Of a stretch of 45,778 bases of DNA, positions 1-9,630 are shown piece after piece. Each line of letters starts with the position of its first letter. Position 1 is the stretch's first letter. The stretch comes from a virus (taxonomy: Duplodnaviria > Heunggongvirae > Uroviricota > Caudoviricetes). A model generated the notes under the pieces. That model saw nothing but the letters and a program-made list of their open reading frames with translations, searched no databases and was not told the DNA's origin. The position numbers and the translations under genes were made by a program. Location: IMG/VR virus record IMGVR_UViG_2740892271_000013, one strand, 5' to 3'.

Positions 1-7
1 AAGAAAT

Positions 8-38
8 AGGGCTTCCACCTGGGAAGCCCTTTCTTTTT
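8..38. terminator. Bidirectional rho-independent terminator downstream of pspG
   Basis: 9-bp GC-rich stem (8-16 pairs with 22-30), loop acctg, followed by TTCTTTTT on the plus strand and a U-rich stretch on the minus strand. Confidence 0.5.
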
Positions 39-165
39 ATAGTTCGGCTGTATGTAGGGTACAGCACGATGAATCTGTTAGAGGCGCAATAGTGACAGAT
101 TTGATTATCAATTCCTATTTTGTTCTAAGGATAAAACCTTAGGTTGTGATCATCCGCACAATCCC

Positions 166-408
166 TTAGTAACGCCAGCGGTCATAACGCTGATATTTCG
201 GCACTTTTGGTGCTTTAATCGCCTTAATAACCCACACCACCGCAATCGCCAGTAGTAACCACGGCAGCAACTTAATCATCAATGCCAGCATACCGCCGAG
301 GAACATAATGGCCGTCGCCACAACCAGCGCGGCGATAATGCCCAGCAACGAAACGCCGGTGACCATCAGCATGACAAAAAAGCCAATCACAAAAAGTAGT
401 TCCAGCAT
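166..408 (-). CDS. pspG: Phage shock protein G (small inner-membrane protein)
   Basis: 80-aa translation MLELLFVIGFFVMLMVTGVSLLGIIAALVVATAIMFLGG...KYQRYDRWRY recognised as PspG; the listed 150-aa ORF is an upstream in-frame extension, true start is the internal ATG at 408. Confidence 0.85.
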   Translation of the reverse strand: MLELLFVIGFFVMLMVTGVSLLGIIAALVVATAIMFLGGMLALMIKLLPWLLLAIAVVWVIKAIKAPKVPKYQRYDRWRY

Positions 409-443
409 GATGCTCTCCCAAATATGAAATCTCTTGCTGGCAT

Positions 444-459
444 TACAAGAATCATGCCA
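444..459 (-). promoter_or_regulatory. Sigma-54 type promoter (-24 TGGCAT / -12 TTGTA) upstream of pspG
   Basis: Minus-strand sequence TGGCATGATTCTTGTA has the GG-N10-G(C/T) spacing of sigma-54 promoters; psp genes are known PspF/sigma-54 targets. Confidence 0.55.
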
Positions 460-541
460 AAAATAATCTATTGATTTAACAGCAAAACGCCCCGCGACGG
501 TGCGCAGGGCGTGGTGAATTTGACTACTTTTTGGTGAAAAG

Positions 542-1579
542 TTAACGCTTATCCGCCACCAGTTTGAGCGCGTGTTCCAGCACATTAATGTCTGCACCCG
601 CTTTATGGGCATTTTCACTTAAATAACGCCGCCACTGCCGCGCGCCAGGAATACCCTGGAACAAGCCCAACATATGCCGGGTAATATGGCCGAGATACGT
701 CCCCTGGCTGAGTTCACGCTCAATGTACGGATACATGGCGCGCACTACCGCCACCGGATCGGCATCGGTATCCGAGGAACCAAAGATCTCCCGGTCTACC
801 GCCGCCAGAATACCCGGATTCTGATACGCCTCGCGCCCGACCATCACGCCATCCATATGTTGCAGGTGTGCTTTGGCCTCTTCCAGCGACTTGATACCAC
901 CGTTAATCGACATTGTCAGATGCGGAAAGTCACGCTTCAGTTGATACACACGCGGATAATCGAGTGGCGGGATTTCACGGTTTTCTTTCGGGCTTAACCC
1001 CGAAAGCCAGGCTTTACGTGCGTGGATGATAAACATCTCACACTCGCCTTTGCCGGAAACGGTGTTGATGAAATCGCAGAGAAATTCATAGCTGTCCTGG
1101 TCATCGATGCCAATACGCGTTTTCACCGTCACTGGAATCGACACCACATCGCGCATCGCTTTCACGCAGTCGGCAACCAGCTGCGCATTACCCATCAGAC
1201 ACGCACCAAACATGCCGTTCTGCACCCGGTCAGACGGGCAGCCGACATTCAGGTTGATCTCATCATATCCACGCGCTTCTGCCAGCTTCGCACACTGTGC
1301 CAGCGCCGCCGGATCGCTACCGCCGAGTTGCAACGCTACCGGATGTTCTTCTTCACTGTACGCCAGGTAATCACCTTTACCGTGAATAATCGCCCCTGTG
1401 GTCACCATTTCGGTATACAGCAACGTATTGCGGGAAAGCAGACGCAAGAAATAGCGGCAATGTCTGTCCGTCCAGTCGAGCATAGGAGCAATGCTAAACC
1501 GAGAACTCCAGTAAGCGCCAGTTTTTTCAGGCATCACGCTGGTTTGATTAGTTTTCTGTGTTTCAGGATTATCGTGCAT
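542..1579 (-). CDS. dusA: tRNA-dihydrouridine(20/20a) synthase DusA
   Basis: 345-aa translation with DusA-characteristic stretches ([49 protein letters not shown]); the first ~30 codons may be supplied by the integrated element; an alternative internal start (MPEKT...) exists. Confidence 0.9.
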   Translation of the reverse strand: MHDNPETQKTNQTSVMPEKTGAYWSSRFSIAPMLDWTDRHCRYFLRLLSRNTLLYTEMVTTGAIIHGKGDYLAYSEEEHPVALQLGGSDPAALAQCAKLAEARGYDEINLNVGCPSDRVQNGMFGACLMGNAQLVADCVKAMRDVVSIPVTVKTRIGIDDQDSYEFLCDFINTVSGKGECEMFIIHARKAWLSGLSPKENREIPPLDYPRVYQLKRDFPHLTMSINGGIKSLEEAKAHLQHMDGVMVGREAYQNPGILAAVDREIFGSSDTDADPVAVVRAMYPYIERELSQGTYLGHITRHMLGLFQGIPGARQWRRYLSENAHKAGADINVLEHALKLVADKR

Positions 1580-1613
1580 TTTTGAACATTTCAGGCTATT
1601 TTTCTCGCGTTAG

Positions 1614-1647
1614 GTTCCCGCACAGGTTCCCACGCTTTATGGGAACC
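1614..1647. promoter_or_regulatory. Recombinase core-type site candidate: GGTTCCC direct repeat plus inverted repeat GGTTCCCA-N7-TGGGAACC
   Basis: Perfect 8-bp inverted repeat with 7-bp spacer (1625-1647) and an extra GGTTCCC copy at 1614-1620, in the 88-bp dusA-int divergent intergenic region. Confidence 0.35.
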
Positions 1648-1667
1648 CGAAATAACGAGGTCGTGTA

Positions 1668-2765
1668 ATGGCGTACTATAACATAGAGAAACGACTAAAA
1701 TCCGATGGCACACCACGCTATCGCTGTAATGTGATTATCAAAGAAAAAGGTGTTATCACTTACAGGGAAAGCAAAACATTCCCTAAACATGCTCATGCCA
1801 AAACATGGGGCGCACAGAAAGTGATGGAATTAGATCTATATGGCATTCCATCATCAAATGCTGTTGACGGACTTACAGTCCGTGACTTACTACACAAATA
1901 TTTAAATGACCCAAATGCCGGAGGTAAAGCAGGCCGTACTAAAAGATATGTGCTGGAACTGCTTATGGATAGTGACATCTCCGCGATCAAACTATCTGAA
2001 CTGACAGAAAATGACGTAATTGAACATTGCAGGCTAAGAAACAACGCTGGTGCAGGCCCAGCAACAGTCAGCCACGATGTTAGTTATCTTGGCAGTGTTC
2101 TGGATGCGGCAAAACCTGTATACGGAATCAATTACACATCAAACCCGGCGAAAAGCGCTCGTCCATATCTACTTAAACTCGGTTTGATTGGTAAATCAAA
2201 CCGTCGTAATCGTAGACCAGCATCTGATGAACTGAACATGCTCATTGAAGGCCTTCAACAACGATCTACTCATAAATGCTCAAAAATTCCGTTCGTTGAT
2301 ATCCTCAAATTTTCTGTGTGGTCCTGTATGCGAATCGGAGAAGTATGCCGGTTACGATGGGAAGATCTCGACCAGGAACAAAAATCTATACTAGTAAGAG
2401 ACAGGAAAGATCCACGTAAAAAGGAAGGCAACCATATGAAAGTTGCCTTGCTTGGGGAAGCCTGGGATATCGTCCAGCGACAACCCAAAAAATCAGAATT
2501 CATTTTTCCATATAACAGCACTTCTGTTACCGCAGGATTTCAGAGGGTAAGAAGCAAATTAGGTATTAAAGATCTGAGATACCATGATTTGCGTAGAGAA
2601 GGGGCAAGTCGCTTATTTGAGGCTGGTTTTAGTATTGAGGAAGTCGCTCAGGTTACAGGGCATCGTTCATTAAACGTGCTATGGCAGGTATATACCGAAC
2701 TGTATCCGAAATCTTTACATAATCGTTTTGAAGAACTCCAAAGGAGCAGAAATAAGACCTCTTGA
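1668..2765 (+). CDS. int: Tyrosine-type site-specific integrase (dusA-targeting family candidate)
   Basis: 365 aa; C-terminal catalytic region with HDLRREGASRLFEAG and GHRSLNVLWQVYTELY (R-H-R-Y signature); GAGG ribosome-binding site 7 nt upstream; location next to dusA 5' end. Confidence 0.85.
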   Translation: MAYYNIEKRLKSDGTPRYRCNVIIKEKGVITYRESKTFPKHAHAKTWGAQKVMELDLYGIPSSNAVDGLTVRDLLHKYLNDPNAGGKAGRTKRYVLELLMDSDISAIKLSELTENDVIEHCRLRNNAGAGPATVSHDVSYLGSVLDAAKPVYGINYTSNPAKSARPYLLKLGLIGKSNRRNRRPASDELNMLIEGLQQRSTHKCSKIPFVDILKFSVWSCMRIGEVCRLRWEDLDQEQKSILVRDRKDPRKKEGNHMKVALLGEAWDIVQRQPKKSEFIFPYNSTSVTAGFQRVRSKLGIKDLRYHDLRREGASRLFEAGFSIEEVAQVTGHRSLNVLWQVYTELYPKSLHNRFEELQRSRNKTS

Positions 2766-2813
2766 CACTGTTTATCCATACAGTTAAAAATAATACTGTA
2801 TACAAATACAGTG
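2762..2813 (+). promoter_or_regulatory. SOS-regulated promoter with two tandem LexA boxes upstream of the dinI-like gene
   Basis: TTGACA at 2762-2767; LexA boxes cactgtttatccatacagtt (2766-2785) and tactgtatacaaatacagtg (2794-2813), both CTG-N10-CAG. Confidence 0.7.
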
Positions 2814-2825
2814 TAGGGGACTTTT

Positions 2826-3074
2826 ATGCGTATTGAAATCTGCATAGCCAAAGAAAAAATGACTAAAATGCCAACCGGTGCTGTGGATGCGTTAAAGGAA
2901 GAATTAACCCGACGCATCAGTAAACGTTATGACGATGTAGAAGTGATCGTAAAAGCCACCAGCAACGATGGCCTTTCTGTTACGCGCACCGCTGATAAAG
3001 ATTCAGCTAAAACTTTTGTTCAGGAGACTCTGAAAGATACCTGGGAGTCTGCTGACGAGTGGTTTGTTCATTAA
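2826..3074 (+). CDS. DinI-like DNA-damage-inducible protein (RecA modulator family)
   Basis: 82 aa [11 protein letters not shown]...[13 protein letters not shown]...[16 protein letters not shown] resembles DinI (C-terminal TWESADxWF); LexA boxes upstream. Confidence 0.8.
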   Translation: MRIEICIAKEKMTKMPTGAVDALKEELTRRISKRYDDVEVIVKATSNDGLSVTRTADKDSAKTFVQETLKDTWESADEWFVH

Positions 3075-3105
3075 GTTCATCATCTCTGGACACCATTCAC
3101 TTGTA

Positions 3106-3134
3106 TTGACTTTAAGATCATTAAATTGTAATAA
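3106..3134 (+). promoter_or_regulatory. Sigma-70-like promoter (TTGACT-N17-TAATAA) for the RT cassette
   Basis: -35 TTGACT 3106-3111, 17-nt spacer, -10 TAATAA 3129-3134; predicted start near 3141. Confidence 0.45.
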
Positions 3135-3140
3135 TTCAAA

Positions 3141-3296
3141 GGGATGGGGCAGGTTTTTCCTCTTGCGCATGCAAGGGCGGCTCTGATAATGAACAGTAAT
3201 ATTTTACTGTTGAGCTTATGCTCACTGATCCTGCCGGGCAGGATGTTCAACGGTTCCAATATATCCTGCCCCTTCCGCTTTTAAAAAGGATCTTTT
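3141..3296 (+). ncRNA. Structured 5' leader / candidate RT-associated non-coding RNA with repeated GGCAGG/CCTGCC motif
   Basis: GGGGCAGG (3146-3153), palindrome ATCCTGCCgGGCAGGAT (3228-3244), ATCCTGCCCC (3263-3272) and small hairpins (CAGTAA/TTACTG 3194-3209); no ORF of 60 aa or more; immediately upstream of the membrane-protein and RT genes. Confidence 0.3.
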
Positions 3297-3848
3297 ATGC
3301 ATGACAATATTTGGTTTACATATAAAGCACGTATCCAAGCGCACCATCGACTAGAATGGCTTGAAAAACACTCTCAATTTATCCTCGTTTGGTATGCTAT
3401 ATTGAGTGCGGTACTTTCAATTGTAACGTTGCGATTTCCAAAGGTTCTAGGAGATAATACAGATGTCGTTGCGGCGATACTTTCAGTGGCTCTACTGGGT
3501 ATTTCTCTGATCGTATCTAACCTAGATTTTCGTGGTCGAGCAATAGCCATGAGAAGGAATTATATTGCACTACAGCGACTCTATTTTGACATTACCACCA
3601 GTCAACAGTTATCTCTTGAACAGAAAGAAAAATATTTTAATTTGCTCAATGAGGTTGAGAATCACCGTGACATAGATGATAAAATTTCAAGGGTAACTCA
3701 AGTTGGACTTAAGACGAGGATCCCCACACAAAAAGAAAAAATAATTGTTATTTTATGGATATTACTTCGAATATTTATTACTGCCGCACTTTATATACTC
3801 CCATTAATATATCTTTGGATTGACTATGACTGCAAGCAGAATTTTTAA
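3297..3848 (+). CDS. Small membrane protein with three predicted TM helices (SLATT-like effector candidate), overlaps the RT gene
   Basis: 183 aa; hydrophobic helices FILVWYAILSAVLSIVTL, VVAAILSVALLGISLIVSNL and IIVILWILLRIFITAALYILPLIYLWI, charged helical middle; AAGGA ribosome-binding site; 29-nt overlap with RT start. Confidence 0.6.
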   Translation: MHDNIWFTYKARIQAHHRLEWLEKHSQFILVWYAILSAVLSIVTLRFPKVLGDNTDVVAAILSVALLGISLIVSNLDFRGRAIAMRRNYIALQRLYFDITTSQQLSLEQKEKYFNLLNEVENHRDIDDKISRVTQVGLKTRIPTQKEKIIVILWILLRIFITAALYILPLIYLWIDYDCKQNF

Positions 3849-5196
3849 AAAGTCATTCTCGAAAAAAAATCTTCTAAAAGTATACTCTGAAAAAATCAAA
3901 GAATCAGGAGCGATTGGCATAGATCGGATTCGCCCATCAAAACTTGATTTGACAATAAAAAATGAGATCACTTTCATTTTTGAAAAGGTTAATTCTGGCA
4001 ATTACAAATTTACAGCATATAAAGAAAAATTAATATCTAAAGGCGCTAACTCTACACCCAGACAGATTTCCATACCAACTGCTAGGGACAGAATTACTCT
4101 TAGAGCTCTCTGTGAATGCCTTACGGAAATATATCCTAAGTCCAGATTAAAACTACCACATACAGTAATTGACTCATTGAAAGAAGCATTAAACAACAGT
4201 CTATATGCTGAATATGCAAAAATAGATCTTAAAAGTTTCTATCCTTCAATTGAACATAAATTGATAATTAATGCAATAAAAAATAAAATTAGAAAAAAAG
4301 AAATTAGACAGTTAATAACATCATCATTAATCGTGCCTACTGTAAGTGGAACCACAGGAAGCAAAGGTATCCCTAATAATACCAGAGGAGTACCTCAGGG
4401 ATTAGCGATATCAAACATTTTAGCTGAAATATCACTATCTAATTTCGATGATGAAATCAATAAAATGCATGACATATGGTACATGCGATACGTTGATGAC
4501 ATTCTTATTTTAACACCAAAATATCAAGCAACAAAAATAGCTTCTCATATCATTGATAAGCTTCAATCATTAAATTTAAACCCACATCCATTAAATGAAG
4601 AGAACTCAAAATCCAAAGTAGGCAGCTTGGATGAAAGTTTCAACTTTTTGGGCTACCACATAAAAAATCGAGAATTATTGATAAAACATGAGAGCATTCT
4701 TAGATTTGAGTCATCCTTAGCAAAAATTTTTACTGCATATAGACACGCTCTACTACAAGCTAAAAATAAGCGCGATAAAGAACGAGCTGTTGCATATTGT
4801 CAGTGGAAACTAAATCTTAGAATTACGGGATGTGTGTTTGAAGGTAAACGATTGGGATGGGTATCGTACTTCTCACAAATAACGTCAACAGCTCAACTTC
4901 GAGCTGTTAATCATACGATCAATAATCTTATCCGCCGATTCGGCCTTTCATCAGAAATAAAACCAAAGTCTTTGATTAAAACTTTCTATGAACTCCGCAG
5001 GGGTAGAGCGGAGACTTTTAAATACATACCTAACTTTGACAATCTACATATATCTCAGAAACGAGAAATTGTTTCTATGTGGATAGGGAAAGAGAATGAA
5101 AAAAAACTTAGCAATAGTGAAATAGAGAGAAAATTTAAATTTAAAATTGCGAAATCAGTAAAAGAGCTTGAAGAGGACATTTCAGGGATATCATAG
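3820..5196 (+). CDS. Reverse transcriptase (retron/Abi/UG-like, not intron-type)
   Basis: 458 aa; RT motifs seen directly: KIDLKSFYPSI (motif A), GVPQGLAISNILAEI (motif B), YMRYVDDILIL (YVDD, motif C), FNFLGYHI (motif E); about 160-aa C-terminal extension of unknown function. Confidence 0.85.
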   Translation: MTMTASRIFKKSFSKKNLLKVYSEKIKESGAIGIDRIRPSKLDLTIKNEITFIFEKVNSGNYKFTAYKEKLISKGANSTPRQISIPTARDRITLRALCECLTEIYPKSRLKLPHTVIDSLKEALNNSLYAEYAKIDLKSFYPSIEHKLIINAIKNKIRKKEIRQLITSSLIVPTVSGTTGSKGIPNNTRGVPQGLAISNILAEISLSNFDDEINKMHDIWYMRYVDDILILTPKYQATKIASHIIDKLQSLNLNPHPLNEENSKSKVGSLDESFNFLGYHIKNRELLIKHESILRFESSLAKIFTAYRHALLQAKNKRDKERAVAYCQWKLNLRITGCVFEGKRLGWVSYFSQITSTAQLRAVNHTINNLIRRFGLSSEIKPKSLIKTFYELRRGRAETFKYIPNFDNLHISQKREIVSMWIGKENEKKLSNSEIERKFKFKIAKSVKELEEDISGIS

Positions 5197-5290
5197 ATAT
5201 GTAATCCATTAAATCCTTTATATATAAAGCAATAAACACACTATTTAAATTCACAAATCAGCCGCAGTATCCTGCCATGACAAGTTGCTG

Positions 5291-5792
5291 NNNNNNNNNN
5301 NNNNNNNNNNNNNNNNNNNNNNNNNNNNNNNNNNNNNNNNNNNNNNNNNNNNNNNNNNNNNNNNNNNNNNNNNNNNNNNNNNNNNNNNNNNNNNNNNNNN
5401 NNNNNNNNNNNNNNNNNNNNNNNNNNNNNNNNNNNNNNNNNNNNNNNNNNNNNNNNNNNNNNNNNNNNNNNNNNNNNNNNNNNNNNNNNNNNNNNNNNNN
5501 NNNNNNNNNNNNNNNNNNNNNNNNNNNNNNNNNNNNNNNNNNNNNNNNNNNNNNNNNNNNNNNNNNNNNNNNNNNNNNNNNNNNNNNNNNNNNNNNNNNN
5601 NNNNNNNNNNNNNNNNNNNNNNNNNNNNNNNNNNNNNNNNNNNNNNNNNNNNNNNNNNNNNNNNNNNNNNNNNNNNNNNNNNNNNNNNNNNNNNNNNNNN
5701 NNNNNNNNNNNNNNNNNNNNNNNNNNNNNNNNNNNNNNNNNNNNNNNNNNNNNNNNNNNNNNNNNNNNNNNNNNNNNNNNNNNNNNNNNNNN
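5291..5792. other. Run of N (assembly gap or masked sequence)
   Basis: 502 consecutive n characters. Confidence 1.
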
Positions 5793-6104
5793 CCCTTCCG
5801 GGGATAACCAGGTAACATTTTCCGGTAACGGACCGAGTTCAGAAATAAATAACGCGTCCCCTGACGCTACGTCATAAACCGTTTTACCCCGATGGTCTTC
5901 AACGAGATGCCACGATGCCTCATCACTGTTGAAAACAGCCACAAAGCCAGCCGGAATATCTGGCGGTGCAATATAGGTACTGTTTGCTGGCAGACCTGTA
6001 TGAGGCGGAATATATGCGTCACCTTCACCAATAAATTCATTAGTTCCGGTCAGCAGATTATAAATTTTTATGGTCCGTGGTTGTTCACTCATTCTGAATG
6101 CCAT
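5793..6104 (-). CDS. tfa: Tail fibre assembly protein (lambda Tfa-like), 3' end lost in the N run
   Basis: N-terminal 104 aa [79 protein letters not shown]... matches lambda Tfa; start overlaps stf stop. Confidence 0.8.
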
Positions 6105-9100
6105 TATGCAAGCCTCACAATATAGTTAAATGCGATGTTTTTGACGGTGTTTTCCGCGTTACCCGCAGCGTTAACGGTGATGGTATGTCCATGTGAACCA
6201 ATCGCAACGGAGTGCGTATGAGCACCAATACCGACAGTATGCGCGTGTGCACCTGCAGATGCTGCTGTGCCGGACAGTGAGTGGCTATGATTACCATCTG
6301 TACTGGTATTCGCTAACCACCCCGTAGACATACCTACTGAGCCTTGTACACCCCAGGTATTTTGACCTGAGCTTGTATAACCATATTGATAAGTATCTTT
6401 AAAAACACTGGGGTTAAATCGACGGCCATCTCTATGGCTGTGATTACCAGCTGCATTCGTGCTGCCACTTAAACTATGGGTATGCGCACCAGTGTTATTC
6501 GTGGATTTAGTGCCGTAATCAAACGACGATGTGGTTTTCGTCCCCAAATCCGTACTGGATGCGCTGGCGCTGTGGGTATGCGATTTAATGCCGTCCTGTT
6601 CCTGAGACAATACGGCCCGACCACTGGCAGGTTTGCCCTTAATCGTCCAGCCACGCATATCAGGGATCACACCTGACGGATAAACGGCTGCAAGTTTCGG
6701 GTAAGCAGATTTGTCAAAAGTCTGTCCCTGCATCAGGGCATAACCAGACGGAACGGTATCTGATGGCCACGGGATTGGTGCACCGACTGGGTAGCTTTCT
6801 GGTGGAAGATTTTTCGAGGTATAAACTTCTGCCCAGTCTTCCTCAAAACCATAACCGTCTCTTGAAGAACGGTAGAACAGACCACCATTTCTGTAATGCG
6901 CCTTCATCTGCAAGGTCCGGCAACTTCCGACTCCGGTATAGAAGTTAACCAGAATATAGCTGTTGCCAGAGCGGGTGACATTGTAAGCGCCTGATTCGGC
7001 ATTCCATGGAACGCCACCATCCGCATCGGCATATGTATCCGTTGCCCTTCTGGCAAAAGCAGCCACATGCGCGGCGGTTAAAGTAATATCTTTGGAACCA
7101 TCAAACTCAACACCAGAAACCAGTCTTGGCGTTTGCAGCTTTGTTGCTGTCAATGCGTTACCGTTCAGACTTGCAGACAGTTTGGTTCCAATAACCAGTT
7201 CGCCGGTTGCGTTATCAATAACAAACGGTCTTAATGTATTCCAGCCACCATAAACATCACCTTGATTGGTAAGCAGCAGGTAAGTTTTAGCGCCATCATT
7301 ACGCCATAATGCACCATACTCCCCACCTATCATTCGAATCTGATTACCACCACGCGCTACAATTTCGTCTGTGGCAAAAAGTTTTTTGCACGACAAGTTA
7401 TCGTTAACGATTAACGAATGAGACTCATAAAAACCACGCCCACTCTTAAAATCAAGGATAACGTCCGCCGCGATACATTCAGTCGCCGGATTTGTTGCCC
7501 CAAACTTATAGGTCGTATCATTAACAACGAGATCAGCACCAGGTGCGGATATTGACAGGCCATCTTCGAGAAACGCAAAAACAGGGAAAGCAGCGCCATC
7601 AACATAGAACACAGAGCGCAAATCATCGCCCTTATTACTCATCATTATTGAGTGGATGGCTCGTTCATTGTTTTGATATTGCCAGAACATTCCATAAGCA
7701 TAACGCCCCCTGTCAGTCCAGCCACCAGGCATAACAAATCCGTTAAACTCGCAGTTATTCATCGGATCGCCTGCGATTCGCGTTGCCGTGGTGATAATGA
7801 CCCTTGATGCCAGTTCGCTTACTGAGCCAGCAGAACGCATAACAACAACAGGGTAATATTTTCCAGATGTTGCACCTGCAGGAGCGTTAACCCGCACATA
7901 ACGCATACCACGCTTATCAGCAAAGTCTGTTTTACTGACCGCGTTAATGTTGTTCAGGAAGCGTCCCTTATCGGGTATATCAGCGCCGTTCTGGTCTTTC
8001 TGCAGACGTTTCTCAGCATTGTCATTGGCTGCTTTTACTGCCTTTGGCGTTGCCGCCAGCGTTTCAGACGTGCTATTAGTCGCACTACTGAGCTGTACTA
8101 TCCCCTTTTTCGTCGTGCTCGCATCCTCAAGCGCCACGGCGGATGCAATATCCTCTGCACGTTTTGCCGCTGTCTCGGCGCGCGTTGCCGCGGATTCCGC
8201 CGTACTTTTGCTCTGTGCTGCCGCCGTCGCACTGCCAGCAGCCTCTGTCGCCTTCGTGGATGCTGTCGTGGCGCTGCCCTTCGCTGCGGACGCTTGTCTG
8301 GTCGCCTCATCTTTTGAAGCAGACGCCGATGATGCCGATGACGCCGCCGAACTGGCGGACGATGCGGCAGCCGTTTTTGAGGATTCTGCGCTGGTCTCCG
8401 ACGCTTTCGCGTTCGTCTCCGATGTCTTCGCTGCGGAAGCAGACCTCGCTGCTGCACTGGCCTGTTCAGTGGCTTCGCCAGCCTTCGTTGTGGCTGTTGA
8501 AGCGGACGATGCGGCGCTTTCTGCCGATTTTCCGGCGGCGCTAGCACTGGCTGAGGCCTGCCCGGCACTTGTTGACGCTGCACTGGCAGACGACGCAGCC
8601 GCTGTTTTTGAGCCTGCTGCTGCGGAGGCACTCTGTGCTGCTGCCGTTTCAGAGGACTTAGCGTTTGTCTCAGACGTCTTTGCCGCCTTCGCGGAATTTC
8701 CTGCCGCCGTTGCCGAGGAAGCGGCATTACTGGCGCTCGAAGCTGCGCTCGTTTCTGATAATTTTGCCGCCTCTTTTGAAGCCGACGCATCTCTGGCTGA
8801 GGTGGCTGCTTCTGACGCTTTCGTGGTCGCGGTGGATGCAGAAGTGGCAGCTGATTGTTGTGACGCTGCCGCATTCGTTTCTGACGTTTTCGCCGCACCG
8901 GCACTGGTGGCCGCCGCGCTTTTTGAGGACTCTGCAGCGGCAGCACTTTTTGATGCTTCAGTGGCCTTTGCTGATGCCGTTCCTGCGCTGGAAGACGCAG
9001 ACTGAGCCGACGAAGCGGCCTGTCCGGCTGACNNNNNNNNNNNNNNNNNNNNNNNNNNNNNNNNNNNNNNNNNNNNNNNNNNNNNNNNNNNNNNNNNNNN

Positions 9101-9572
9101 NNNNNNNNNNNNNNNNNNNNNNNNNNNNNNNNNNNNNNNNNNNNNNNNNNNNNNNNNNNNNNNNNNNNNNNNNNNNNNNNNNNNNNNNNNNNNNNNNNNN
9201 NNNNNNNNNNNNNNNNNNNNNNNNNNNNNNNNNNNNNNNNNNNNNNNNNNNNNNNNNNNNNNNNNNNNNNNNNNNNNNNNNNNNNNNNNNNNNNNNNNNN
9301 NNNNNNNNNNNNNNNNNNNNNNNNNNNNNNNNNNNNNNNNNNNNNNNNNCGGCATGTGACGGCGGGAATCCTTCCACCAACAGAATAACGCTGTACTGAC
9401 CGTACTCAACGTCCATGCTGTAACGCCCGGCTTCATCCGGATTTTCTGAGGCCAGCGTGTTCACCACCACCGTGGTGCTGTTACGTTTTGCTTTCAGCTG
9501 GATTGTGCAGTTCTGTACCGGTTTTCCTGTGCCGTCTTTCAGTACACCTGAAATCTTTACTGCCATATTCAC
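6104..9572 (-). CDS. stf: Side tail fibre protein (lambda Stf / Rac StfR-like), interrupted by an N run
   Basis: N-terminus [39 protein letters not shown], long Ala/Ser/Thr-rich shaft repeats, His-rich C-terminal region ending [31 protein letters not shown]; frame break across 9032-9349 is a gap artefact. Confidence 0.85.
9032..9349. other. Run of N (assembly gap or masked sequence) inside stf
   Basis: 318 consecutive n characters. Confidence 1.
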
Positions 9573-9576
9573 CCCA

Positions 9577-9603
9577 CAAAAAAGCCCGCCTGAACCGGCG
9601 GGC
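9577..9603 (-). terminator. Rho-independent terminator downstream of lom
   Basis: Stem AGCCCGCC/GGCGGGCT with 6-nt loop, followed on the minus strand by UUUUUUGUG. Confidence 0.6.
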
Positions 9604-9630
9604 TGTCATAACACTGTGTTACCTGGCTAA

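Noticed and set aside
674-1585. Plus-strand ORFs antisense to dusA (107, 187 and 87 aa)
   Set aside because: They are antisense to a highly conserved housekeeping gene with no translation signals.
1580-1667. tRNA or tmRNA gene as the integration target
   Set aside because: No cloverleaf-capable sequence or CCA-proximal acceptor stem is evident near int; the neighbouring gene is dusA, a known protein-coding integration target.
3820-5196. Group II intron or other mobile retroelement interpretation of the reverse transcriptase
   Set aside because: No maturase X or HNH endonuclease domain, no flanking intron RNA domains, and the gene is co-organised with a small membrane protein under a normal promoter, which fits a defence-type RT better. 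A profile search is still needed.
7947-9005. 352-aa plus-strand ORF (Ala/Asp/Val-rich) and the 282-aa minus-strand Arg/Pro/Gln-rich ORF at 8098-8946
   Set aside because: Both lie inside the stf repeat region in the wrong strand or frame; they are low-complexity mirror images of the Ala/Ser-rich fibre repeats, not genes.
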